The notes under the pieces were generated by a model. It did no database searches. It saw only the letters and a program-made list of their open reading frames with translations, and was not told the origin of the DNA. Made by a program: the position numbers and the translations under genes. A DNA stretch of 64,000 nucleotides from a virus (taxonomy: Duplodnaviria > Caudoviricetes): IMG/VR virus record IMGVR_UViG_3300001598_001658, positions 1 to 64,000 of that record; one strand, written 5' to 3'. Below are positions 32,266 through 41,325 of the stretch, piece by piece; within the stretch, counting starts at the first letter, position 1, and each line of letters begins with the position of its first letter.

Positions 32266-33264
32266 ATGGTAAATGAAATTATACAAGGAAAGATTTATCA
32301 TTTACCTTTTATCGCACCTTATGAATCTAAAGGACCTTATGATGTTGAAGTTACCGCTGTAACAAGAAAAGCTACTCTTGATGTATATGGGGACTTCGAT
32401 ATCAGAGGTACATTTTTTGATGAAGTTGGAATTAAAACATATTTAACAATGGTTGATGATGATACCGATATTTTTATCTGTCATCCTATTTCTTCCTATG
32501 ATCCGGTAGAAATTGATTTAGGTACTAATATTTTTATACCTAAAAGCATTATTGATTATTCTAATTCTGACGAATACCAGGAAATGACTAGATATCAATT
32601 TACGATAGAAGGTGTAAGACGTCATTTTGATAAATCATATGAAGCAAAGAATTTTATAAAAGAGCTTGAAAATACTATCCCGTCTGCGTTAGCTAATGGT
32701 ACAATTTTAGCTAATGACGTTTTGTCTATTTCTAACATTCAAGAAGAACTTCTTGTTACAAAAACTGTAATAGATAAAGAAGAAAAAGAACGAGATAGAT
32801 ATATAAAAGAGCGTGAAGAACAACTTGCTAATTTGAAAAAACAAGAAATGGAACGCGAAATGGAATATTATCGTCGATTAAAAAATCTTGAACAGCGTGA
32901 AAAAATCGTTGCTGAAAAAGAAAAAATAATAGATGATAATGTAAAATTATCAGAAACTAATAAACAGACTAGTAATGCATTCCTTAAAGTTACTAACGAT
33001 ATGGTTGAACGAATTCATGAAGTTTATTTATCTATCGTTAATAACAAAGATGGTACTTTACCTGCATGGAATGAATTATATTCTTATATAGTTTATGGTT
33101 CTGCTCAAGATCAAATATCTTTAACAGAATGGAAAGATGCAGTTACCGAATATACTAAAAAAGGTTTTTGGCCTAACTCATTCTTGGAACTTATTAAAAA
33201 ATTTGATAAGACTCATTGTCCATATTGTGAAAGAGAACTTGATATTCAAATCAATTCAGAATAA
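32266..33264 (+). CDS. Hypothetical protein with a coiled coil and C-terminal CPYC
   Basis: 332-aa ORF. Confidence 0.65.
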   Translation: MVNEIIQGKIYHLPFIAPYESKGPYDVEVTAVTRKATLDVYGDFDIRGTFFDEVGIKTYLTMVDDDTDIFICHPISSYDPVEIDLGTNIFIPKSIIDYSNSDEYQEMTRYQFTIEGVRRHFDKSYEAKNFIKELENTIPSALANGTILANDVLSISNIQEELLVTKTVIDKEEKERDRYIKEREEQLANLKKQEMEREMEYYRRLKNLEQREKIVAEKEKIIDDNVKLSETNKQTSNAFLKVTNDMVERIHEVYLSIVNNKDGTLPAWNELYSYIVYGSAQDQISLTEWKDAVTEYTKKGFWPNSFLELIKKFDKTHCPYCERELDIQINSE

Positions 33265-33270
33265 TAAAAA

Positions 33271-33296
33271 CTACCTACTCCATATGGAGTAGGTAG
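33271..33296. terminator. Terminator between convergent genes
   Basis: CTACCTACTCC-ATAT-GGAGTAGGTAG. Confidence 0.75.
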
Positions 33297-33340
33297 AAAT
33301 TTTCATTTTTTATTTCCAACAAAAAGGAAAGGAAAGAAAA

Positions 33341-33814
33341 CTATTTGTTGGCAATTTTTCCATCTTCTACATTGATAATTGAAACATTCATGTTTTTCAA
33401 TGTATCAATTGCTTCGTCATTTGATTCTTCTTTGATTTCATCAAGTAAGAAATCCAATGATGGACCAGCTGCTTCTTCGATTTCCTTAGCAATTGAATCC
33501 AATTCGAGCATTTTATCGCAGAAACATTTGTACTTTGTACGATCTGTTTCTTTGATAATTTCAAGTTCAGCAGTAAGACGTGGATTTGGAAAGAGATCAT
33601 CAAGACGTGTTGATTCTTCTTTTTCATCGATACGTTTTTTATCTGCATCACTGAGATCGATAGCTGCAATAGCTGCACTTGCATCTTCAAAACCAAGAAG
33701 GTTATTTGAAGGATCTGAAGCGAGTTTCTTTACAGCTCCTTTAGACATAAGTCCAGGTACATTCTGAATGAGGTTAAGAATTACCTTTGATTTTGTTGCA
33801 ACAGTAAGTTCCAT
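33341..33814 (-). CDS. Hypothetical protein
   Basis: GGAGG RBS before ATG 33814 (MELTVATK). Confidence 0.75.
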   Translation of the reverse strand: MELTVATKSKVILNLIQNVPGLMSKGAVKKLASDPSNNLLGFEDASAAIAAIDLSDADKKRIDEKEESTRLDDLFPNPRLTAELEIIKETDRTKYKCFCDKMLELDSIAKEIEEAAGPSLDFLLDEIKEESNDEAIDTLKNMNVSIINVEDGKIANK

Positions 33815-33909
33815 TATACTTACCTCCATATAAAATATTAGTACTAATACAATTATGTTTTTAAAAAACGTATTAAAAATTAAATACGAATGTACATTAT
33901 AATGGGATA

Positions 33910-34172
33910 GATGATACAATCAATGGCCGAACATTAATTGATTGTTCATCACGCGCTGCCGGCTTCGGTACGCAGAAACTATACTTAGTTATCTGTGGTG
34001 TGACCGCAATTATTATTGTCCGTTGAGATTCCGACCTGCTGCTATAAGCGGCCATTGCCGGATGTTGGGCGTCTTATACCGACGGCGTTTAAGGAGATTC
34101 GTCTAGATAGTTGATGAGTAGAGTATATAGATACTTGTTGATCCTGAGACTATTTAAGCGAATGTTCGGCCA
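33910..34172 (+). ncRNA. Unassigned structured RNA with a long-range pseudoknot
   Basis: 5' hairpin 33910-33950 whose loop region (33924-33935) is exactly complementary to 34161-34172. Several internal helices have G-U pairs that favour the + strand. GC content is elevated. Confidence 0.65.
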
Positions 34173-34186
34173 CCTATTTGTTTTAT

Positions 34187-34251
34187 GTGAACCTGTGGAA
34201 CCCTATAAAAGGATTTTCCCCTCCCACCCGTCCTTTTATCCACAGGTTCAC
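34187..34251 (+). ncRNA. Long hairpin with a C-rich loop
   Basis: GTGAACCTGTGGA/TCCACAGGTTCAC plus TAAAAGGA/TCCTTTTA; loop TTTTCCCCTCCCACCCG. Confidence 0.55.
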
Positions 34252-34365
34252 TTTATATATTTTTTGGATATAATAGATACTGTACAAAACGCCATGTGAT
34301 TGTCAATCACTCCATTGTTAAAGAAATAGAAAACTCTAAATTTGTACAGTATCTTTTTTATATAA

Positions 34366-34438
34366 GACTCTTTAGCTCAGTCGGTAGAGCAACGGACTGT
34401 TAATCCGTGTGTCGTTGGTTCAAACCCAACAAGGGTCG
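34366..34438 (+). tRNA. tRNA-Asn (GTT)
   Basis: Full cloverleaf: GACTCTT/AAGGGTC acceptor, ACGGA-CTGTTAA-TCCGT anticodon arm, TTCAAAC T-loop; no encoded CCA. Confidence 0.95.
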
Positions 34439-34657
34439 ATACTTTCCTCATTTAGTGGGGCACTGCTATTTGAGGGACGTGGGGTTACGCCGATTGTTAC
34501 CACGTACAAATACAAACAATTATGAGCTGTGACTCTCACTCAATTTTGATCATTTGGGGGTTAGAAGAGTCCGATCAAACTCATGACGCTGATACACGAT
34601 AGGTATTATATTTCTATATATTTTTTAGTATATAGAAATATCGGCACCACTTTATGT

Positions 34658-34730
34658 GGGCTTTTAGCTCAGTCGGTAGAGCAACGCCCTTTTAAGGCGT
34701 GGGTCAACAGTTCAAATCTGTTAAAGCTCA
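34658..34730 (+). tRNA. tRNA-Lys (TTT)
   Basis: GGGCTTT/AAAGCTC acceptor, ACGCC-CTTTTAA-GGCGT anticodon arm, TTCAAAT T-loop; no encoded CCA. Confidence 0.95.
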
Positions 34731-34777
34731 TAACTCTAGAATTACCTTCCCTTTTATTTTAGAGTGTCAAAGAACCT

Positions 34778-34815
34778 GTGCTCCTCTTTTTACAGAGGAG
34801 CACTTTTATTTTTTT
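34778..34815 (+). terminator. Terminator of the RNA cluster
   Basis: GTGCTCCTCT...AGAGGAGCAC plus T-tract. Confidence 0.8.
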
Positions 34816-34877
34816 ATTAACTTTTTAACTTATCTATATATTATATATAGAAGAAAAATTATATAAAGGAGTTATAT

Positions 34878-35156
34878 ATGAATAAAAAATTATTTACACT
34901 TTTATTAATCGGAATACTTGCAATTGTATCTGTTTCTGCATCAAGATCTTTGTGTTATTCTAGAAAATGTGACAAATGCGAATATAATGTTGCTCAAAGA
35001 GTTAATGGTGCTACAAGAACAATTGCATGGCGTGTATTTGAAATACCTCATAAAAAAATTGATGGTAAAATATATACAACTTATAGATGCGATCATGGTC
35101 ATGAATATCTTGTTAATATTGAAACAGGTGAACCTAGATTTCTGGAGAATAAATAA
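34878..35156 (+). CDS. Small exported Cys-rich protein
   Basis: Signal-peptide-like N-terminus; CDKC...CDHGH. Confidence 0.65.
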   Translation: MNKKLFTLLLIGILAIVSVSASRSLCYSRKCDKCEYNVAQRVNGATRTIAWRVFEIPHKKIDGKIYTTYRCDHGHEYLVNIETGEPRFLENK

Positions 35157-35353
35157 TGGAAGTAAAAATTAAGTTATTCAATAAAGAAGAAAAGATATAT
35201 AAAAATATCTGGGAAATTCAAAATTCACATGATGTTATCATCATCAAGAAACATTCGCATGAATGTGAACGATTTAACAAAGAAGATATTGAATATATCT
35301 TAATTGAAAGTGGGATTGTAAATAAATTATCTCATAAATCAGGAAAATTTTAA
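35156..35353 (+). CDS. Hypothetical protein
   Basis: Translationally coupled ORF (TAATG). Confidence 0.55.
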   Translation: MEVKIKLFNKEEKIYKNIWEIQNSHDVIIIKKHSHECERFNKEDIEYILIESGIVNKLSHKSGKF

Positions 35354-35362
35354 GGAATAGAA

Positions 35363-35563
35363 ATGACACTCACAGAAGCACTTATGGATGTTGATATGAA
35401 TACTCATATTACAGTTATAGATACTGAACGCAAAAACTCAAAACGTGTAGTATCTATATTTGAATATATACAACCAGAATATAGTGACAATCATGAAGTT
35501 ATAGAAACTGAAAAAGGAATTCTTGAAATCAAATTTAGGGTTAGGAGCATTAAAAATGATTGA
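35363..35563 (+). CDS. Hypothetical protein
   Basis: AAGGA RBS. Confidence 0.55.
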   Translation: MTLTEALMDVDMNTHITVIDTERKNSKRVVSIFEYIQPEYSDNHEVIETEKGILEIKFRVRSIKND

Positions 35564-37538
35564 AGATGAACTCGTCACTGATATGTGGAAACGAAGAATG
35601 AAAGAAACTCTTCAAATGGTGTATCATGGCGGATTAAAAGAAGATGTTTTGGATAAACTTCTCGATGCAGAAGTTCAGAAATCTTTAAATGAGGGAACTC
35701 GATATGCATATATGAGAGATATCTATAGAGATCGAGTTATTAAATTAGACCTCAATGAAATCATGAAATGGGTGTATGAAAAGAGACTCATTGTTGGAGC
35801 TAATGGAGCATATACATTTGCTCATGACGATGTGCTTGGAGATACATCAATTATGGTTATGGGAGACCTTGAAGCTCGTGCTAAAGAAAAAGCATTAGCA
35901 AAGGAATATGAAAAGAATAATCAATTGAAAGAAGCTACTCTTCATGATAACCTTCAGACAAAATATAAACAGGATACAAATAGTACTTATGGTATTGCTT
36001 GTATGCCTGGTTCTTTCTTATTCTCACCAGACTCAGCTACATTTATTACAACACAAGCTAGACAGCTCATTGCTGAAATGATGTGGTCGTTTGAAAGATT
36101 CTTAGTAAACAATCTTCAACTTCAGAATTATGGAGAAGCTCTTCTCTATATAAACAACTGTTTAAAAGAAGAAAGACATTGGGATCAATATAAAGAATGG
36201 ATTACTTATATACCTACAAAAGAAGATATAGGAAAATATCTTCTCTCTAAATTCACAGATATCGAAAATTTCAATATTAAGACAAAAGAAATTTCAAGAT
36301 CATTGTTTATTTTTATTGAAAGATTAAGTGAAGAAGAAAGAGTTTATTTGTATTATAAATTTAATTTCATTAATTTTATTGAGAAGAATCCTAAAGTGAT
36401 GGATCTTTTTAGACAGATTGCTGATGGTGAAGAAGCATTCCTGAATCCAAATAAAGTACCTGAAATTTACAAACCTATTTGTGATAAGCTTATCGAAGTA
36501 TCAAAAGAATTTTGTTATGGTGAATTCATGGTTACACATAGAGTTGATAAATATTTTGATTGTGAAAGAAAAGCAATTCTTCTTTCTGACACAGACTCTG
36601 TATTTATCATTCTTGGTAAAATCATGGATGTTATTTATGATAAGATTGGTTTGATTTATAAGTATCGAGATAATGATTTTAAACTTGTAAATGCACTTTG
36701 TACATTATGTACAAATTATATTGGAATGAGACACAATAAGTTTGTCGAAGCTTGTAATATTAAATATAAGTTTCCACAGTATAAACTTGATGCGAAAAAC
36801 GAATTCTACTATAAACGTGTTATTCTTTATACAGGTATTAAGAAAAATTATTCTGGTCTTAAGTTACTTCGTGAAGGAAATCTTGTTCCTCCAAAGAAAC
36901 AGATTTCTCACACAGGTATTAAACTTACAGGTTCAAGAATCCCAAAACAAGTTAGTGATTTCCAAACAAAAATTATAGAAGATAATATTTTAAGATCTAC
37001 GGTGGTTGATCCAGTTAAAATTATGTCTGATATAAATGCTGAAAGAGAAATCATTAAAGAAATTATCAAATCTGGTGATAAATCTATGGGTATTCCACAG
37101 AGATTCTCAGGTTATGATAAATACAAAGTTTTTGAATCGGCCCAGATTTGTAGACTTGTTGAAATTTGGAATCGAATTTATCCGGAACAGAAAATTGGTA
37201 ATGGTGAATATTTGATGACATTTGAAACTAAAGTTTATAATGAATCACAATTATATCTTATTCAAGATGTAGAAATGAGGGAGAAGATTCGAAAGGCTGT
37301 ATTTAGTGACAGATGGGATGGAGAAGATAACTTCTTGAAATCTCATGGACTTACAACAGTTGGTATTCCTAGAGATGGAGCAGTGACAGAGATTCCACAA
37401 TGGATGATTGATATTATCGATTATGATCTTATGGCGCGTAAACATCTTCAAGCAATCACCGATTTATTGCCATCATTGAATATGAATAAAGTTAAAACAA
37501 AAGACTTTAGTACATATTCATCATTATTAAGGATTTAA
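35556..37538 (+). CDS. Family B DNA polymerase, C-terminal (polymerase) part, phiKZ/AR9 type
   Basis: Motif B KQDTNSTYG, motif C SDTDS, KNEF, KKNY; no exonuclease domain or motif A seen; GGAG RBS. Confidence 0.85.
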   Translation: MIEDELVTDMWKRRMKETLQMVYHGGLKEDVLDKLLDAEVQKSLNEGTRYAYMRDIYRDRVIKLDLNEIMKWVYEKRLIVGANGAYTFAHDDVLGDTSIMVMGDLEARAKEKALAKEYEKNNQLKEATLHDNLQTKYKQDTNSTYGIACMPGSFLFSPDSATFITTQARQLIAEMMWSFERFLVNNLQLQNYGEALLYINNCLKEERHWDQYKEWITYIPTKEDIGKYLLSKFTDIENFNIKTKEISRSLFIFIERLSEEERVYLYYKFNFINFIEKNPKVMDLFRQIADGEEAFLNPNKVPEIYKPICDKLIEVSKEFCYGEFMVTHRVDKYFDCERKAILLSDTDSVFIILGKIMDVIYDKIGLIYKYRDNDFKLVNALCTLCTNYIGMRHNKFVEACNIKYKFPQYKLDAKNEFYYKRVILYTGIKKNYSGLKLLREGNLVPPKKQISHTGIKLTGSRIPKQVSDFQTKIIEDNILRSTVVDPVKIMSDINAEREIIKEIIKSGDKSMGIPQRFSGYDKYKVFESAQICRLVEIWNRIYPEQKIGNGEYLMTFETKVYNESQLYLIQDVEMREKIRKAVFSDRWDGEDNFLKSHGLTTVGIPRDGAVTEIPQWMIDIIDYDLMARKHLQAITDLLPSLNMNKVKTKDFSTYSSLLRI

Positions 37539-37539
37539 T

Positions 37540-37782
37540 GTGGAAACATATGAATTTATAATGAATGATGAAGAAAAAGAATTTGTTGAACGAATGAATA
37601 GAAATCGATTAGATTCATATGCAATCGGAATGCGAAAATATAGAAGATCTAAGGAAATCGATGCCTCTCTAGACAATGATAAAAATCTTTTTCAAAGATT
37701 AAAACATGCTAGAGAGGAACGGTTTTTGGAATGTTTAAAATTTATAGAAACTATAGGAGATAAAAATGACAATTATAGATAA
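37540..37782 (+). CDS. Hypothetical protein
   Basis: GTG start with AAGGA RBS. Confidence 0.55.
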   Translation: METYEFIMNDEEKEFVERMNRNRLDSYAIGMRKYRRSKEIDASLDNDKNLFQRLKHAREERFLECLKFIETIGDKNDNYR

Positions 37783-37851
37783 ATTTTTAAGTAAAAGCTT
37801 GTTATAGGTTTTATAACTAATTATATTGAAAAATCTTTCGGAAATAGAATA

Positions 37852-38337
37852 ATGCAAGATGAAAATGATCCGCGTAAACTTTACGTTGAAATTTATTTGA
37901 CACATAAAGATTGTAAAAGGTTTCTGAGAATAAAAAATCTTAAATTCTTTAAAGAATTTATTATAAAATATTTTCCGCCATTATCGTTAGAATGTGGTGG
38001 ACCTATTTATAAAGTAAAGTCTAGCTCTGTATTTTCTGATGAATCAAAAAATTATTTTAAACTTATTGTAGAATATTATAATCCATATATAAAAATTGAA
38101 ACTGCTAATGACACAAAAATAAAATATCTTGAAATGTGTAAAACATTTGAAAATATGAAAAATGCTATTTTTAATCCAATTGCTATTGAAGTCGATGAAG
38201 AACCTGATATAAACAAAAAAGTAATTGAAGCTTTGGAAACATTGTCAAATTATTTTGAATATTATAAGAAAATTAATAATATTGAAATTGAAGGCGATGA
38301 ATCTAAATCGAATGAGGAATCGATTTCAAAAGAATAA
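37852..38337 (+). CDS. Hypothetical protein (may originally start at 37766 across a frameshift)
   Basis: 161-aa ORF; the frame is open upstream to 37795. Confidence 0.55.
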   Translation: MQDENDPRKLYVEIYLTHKDCKRFLRIKNLKFFKEFIIKYFPPLSLECGGPIYKVKSSSVFSDESKNYFKLIVEYYNPYIKIETANDTKIKYLEMCKTFENMKNAIFNPIAIEVDEEPDINKKVIEALETLSNYFEYYKKINNIEIEGDESKSNEESISKE

Positions 38338-38373
38338 TAAATAAATATATTATAATACGAAGAGGAAACTATA

Positions 38374-39534
38374 ATGCTACTAAACCCGTATTTATTTCAA
38401 GATACAAATGATAATAAATTTGTATCAGATGAAAGTTTTAAAAAGGCAGGAATAGTATATCATAAAAGAAAAATTTATATACTTAAAAAGTATTCTCAAA
38501 AATGCTTTGGTGAAAACAGTATATTTAATTCGTACGTTATGAATACTGTTATTTTGGTAAATATTTCTAGAACCAAAATTAAAAAAGATGTTTATCGTAA
38601 TATAAAATCGACTTATTCATTTTCATTTACATCAACTACTAATGATATAATATCGGAATTTAATAATGCAAGATTACGTTTGAATTATTGTATAACTAGT
38701 GGTTATGATTGCGATGCACTTTATAAAGAAGGTGAATTTGTAGACTCTTTATATTATGATGATCTTGGTTTTACTTTTGGATATGATGAGCATGATGATC
38801 CAGTAGAAGTCAATATAAATGATATGTTTCATTGTAACGAAAGCGAAGATATTGATAAAAAATCTGTGCTTAAAATACCGAATCCGACTTATTATACTAC
38901 TAGACAGTATAAAATCAACAACGGTGTACCACAGGGACACGTTATGCTTGAATCTAGATATTATGATGCAAGAGATCTTATTGATTCAAATACTGACATT
39001 TATCTTGTTGATGAAAAAGAAAGTACAGAATTAAATAGAACAGTGTGTTCAGATTCAGATAATGCCATCGTTCCTGCAAATAATAACTTTCTCGAATCTT
39101 GGGAACGTATCAAGGATGCAGAAGAAATTCCATTTGATATGTTTATTCTTAATTCACTAGCTTGTTTCAGTTCGTATAAATTCATCTATGATACAAAAGA
39201 AGGATTTAATATCAAAGATATCAATACAGATAAAACGATTATAAAAAGTCGAAATACTGATTATATCGAAATGATAGCAAAACGAATGAAAAAGTATTGT
39301 GATAATCTTTCAAAGATTTATGGAAATATAAGAATTCATTATTATTCTTGTGATATTAGCGATAAGATTGAAATAATCTTTGAAGATAAAAAGTTTCATA
39401 AAGTAACATCGACTTATGATCGCAACAGTATGTTTGAACGATTAATGGTTTTTGTTACAGACAAATATGAACCGGTTCTTAATAGAGGACCAATAAATTA
39501 TGATATAATGGATGATTACTATTCATTAACATAA
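38374..39534 (+). CDS. Hypothetical protein
   Basis: GAGGA RBS; upstream ATATATTATAATACGAA. Confidence 0.7.
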   Translation: MLLNPYLFQDTNDNKFVSDESFKKAGIVYHKRKIYILKKYSQKCFGENSIFNSYVMNTVILVNISRTKIKKDVYRNIKSTYSFSFTSTTNDIISEFNNARLRLNYCITSGYDCDALYKEGEFVDSLYYDDLGFTFGYDEHDDPVEVNINDMFHCNESEDIDKKSVLKIPNPTYYTTRQYKINNGVPQGHVMLESRYYDARDLIDSNTDIYLVDEKESTELNRTVCSDSDNAIVPANNNFLESWERIKDAEEIPFDMFILNSLACFSSYKFIYDTKEGFNIKDINTDKTIIKSRNTDYIEMIAKRMKKYCDNLSKIYGNIRIHYYSCDISDKIEIIFEDKKFHKVTSTYDRNSMFERLMVFVTDKYEPVLNRGPINYDIMDDYYSLT

Positions 39535-39552
39535 ACCAAAAGGAGGCCATAT

Positions 39553-40377
39553 ATGGCAGAACAGGAATTAGCAAAAGCTAATGGTGGAGCACCAGCTGGT
39601 GCAAAAGGTGATTTTTCGAATTACAACCCACTCGAAATTAACCTTGGGGTATTTTGGACAGCAAAAAGTCTTGGCGATAAGACTACACTGTCTCTTAATT
39701 ATGTAAGAGATTATGTAAAGCTTAACTTCAGCATGACAACAGACGATGGAAAGAAAGAACAGGTGTTTAAAAAGTTCAAACTTTCTGAAGCATTTGTAAT
39801 TGCAAATGCACTTCGTACAATTATTGCCGATCGTCTTGCAACCCTTAACAATTTTATTGAAAGTGGAGCAGAAGGAGCTCCAAATTATTCAGAACTTCCT
39901 GAAGACGGTTTTACATTCCATACTCATTACTTCGATAAACAGAAGGGTGAAGATGTAACAAATGGAAAAATTACAATTTCGACAATTCCTGTAAATGGAA
40001 TTAATCGTATTGTAATCAAAGGATATTCTGAAACAGAAATGCAGCAGATCCGCGTTGTTTTCTATGATGACGTAAATGACAGACTCCGTAAAGTTTCGCA
40101 GGCATCAATTATTGATGGCGGAGATCTTGATCTTTATCGACTCGGTATGGAAATCGAACAGGCATTAAAGAAGACATTCGAATATGCTTGTGCTGATAAG
40201 ATTTATCAGGCGGTTATTGCAGGCAAAAGTTATTCAAACAGCAATAACAATTTCCAGCAGAAAAAATCATTTGGTTTCTTCAATAAGAATACACAGAGAC
40301 AGGTAAGTGTTAACGACAGCTCAGCCGGAAGCAATGAAAGTGGTGTGGATCTTTTTGATCAAGATGTTGATTACTAA
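39553..40377 (+). CDS. Possible single-stranded DNA-binding protein
   Basis: N/Q/S-rich disordered tail ending in acidic DLFDQDVDY; strong RBS; function inferred only. Confidence 0.4.
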   Translation: MAEQELAKANGGAPAGAKGDFSNYNPLEINLGVFWTAKSLGDKTTLSLNYVRDYVKLNFSMTTDDGKKEQVFKKFKLSEAFVIANALRTIIADRLATLNNFIESGAEGAPNYSELPEDGFTFHTHYFDKQKGEDVTNGKITISTIPVNGINRIVIKGYSETEMQQIRVVFYDDVNDRLRKVSQASIIDGGDLDLYRLGMEIEQALKKTFEYACADKIYQAVIAGKSYSNSNNNFQQKKSFGFFNKNTQRQVSVNDSSAGSNESGVDLFDQDVDY

Positions 40378-40473
40378 TTTAAAATAAAAAAGAAACCTAG
40401 CTCGTATTGAGCTAGGTCTCTTTTTTGTAATATTAATATAGAAAAAACATTTTATTATTAATAGGAGAATATC

Positions 40474-41325
40474 ATGAATAAAAAGGAAAGTGATGGTGTT
40501 CTTTATGATCAAAAATTTGATATTAATCATATTATAGACGAAAAGTTGAAAGATCCGAATTTAAAATTAAAATTTGGAAATAATGAATTTTCTTTAGCTG
40601 AGATCAATAATCTTATCCCTTCTAAAGAGAAAAAGATTGATATGTTTATCGAATGGGATAATATGTGTCAATATTCTATTTTTGGAATAGTTTCTGTTAT
40701 AAATAGTCTTATTAAAGAAGATAGAAAATTTAATTTTCACGATTTCGTCAGAAGAGATAAATATCCAAACTCAATTGATTATGTTAAGAAAATAATTTAT
40801 CCTGATATAAAACCTGAATTAATAGATAAAACTATTAAGAAGTATTATGCTGAAATTATGTCAAAATCTCCAGTTACAAGTTTTTTTACTAAATTAAATC
40901 TTATGAAATTTATGTTGAATTCTGTAACTTTCATGTTTAGATATGAAGTGGATGGTCTTGATAAATTAATATCGGAGATATCAGAGGATAAATTTAATAA
41001 TGAAGTCACCTGCAAATATTCTGTTTATCCTTCAGAAGAATATGAAATAGAAGCAATAAAGAAATTGCCATTAAAAGAATTATACGTTGTTCCTGATATG
41101 GGTTTATATTATCAAACTATGATGGAGAACGATAAAGAATATTCTACTATATTATCATATAGAGATCATAATGGAATGAATCCTATTATTCTTGCATATT
41201 ATTTTGAAGAATTTATTAATAATGGACTTGATGGTCCAAATAATATAAGTCTTGATTTTCTGAGGGAATATAATCCGACGGAAGAAGATATTAAAAAAGA
41301 GGAACAAAAAAATGACAGATGTTGA
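40474..41325 (+). CDS. Hypothetical protein
   Basis: 283-aa ORF with GGAG RBS. Confidence 0.7.
   Translation: MNKKESDGVLYDQKFDINHIIDEKLKDPNLKLKFGNNEFSLAEINNLIPSKEKKIDMFIEWDNMCQYSIFGIVSVINSLIKEDRKFNFHDFVRRDKYPNSIDYVKKIIYPDIKPELIDKTIKKYYAEIMSKSPVTSFFTKLNLMKFMLNSVTFMFRYEVDGLDKLISEISEDKFNNEVTCKYSVYPSEEYEIEAIKKLPLKELYVVPDMGLYYQTMMENDKEYSTILSYRDHNGMNPIILAYYFEEFINNGLDGPNNISLDFLREYNPTEEDIKKEEQKNDRC

Noticed and set aside
33970-34120. Hammerhead-like GAAAC ... TTGATGAG, and group I-like CAGAAACTA/GAGACTA
   Set aside because: Hammerhead stems I and II do not close on the core, and there is no matching P7 partner strand
33900-34260. tmRNA
   Set aside because: No tRNA-like acceptor or T-arm with CCA, and no tag reading frame found
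34111-34299. 62-aa ORF in the track
   Set aside because: Overlaps structured RNA elements and has an atypical composition; probably spurious
34150-34450. RNase P RNA on the minus strand (GAGGAAAGT ... CGCTTA)
   Set aside because: P4 does not pair, and the region overlaps the + strand tRNA-Asn
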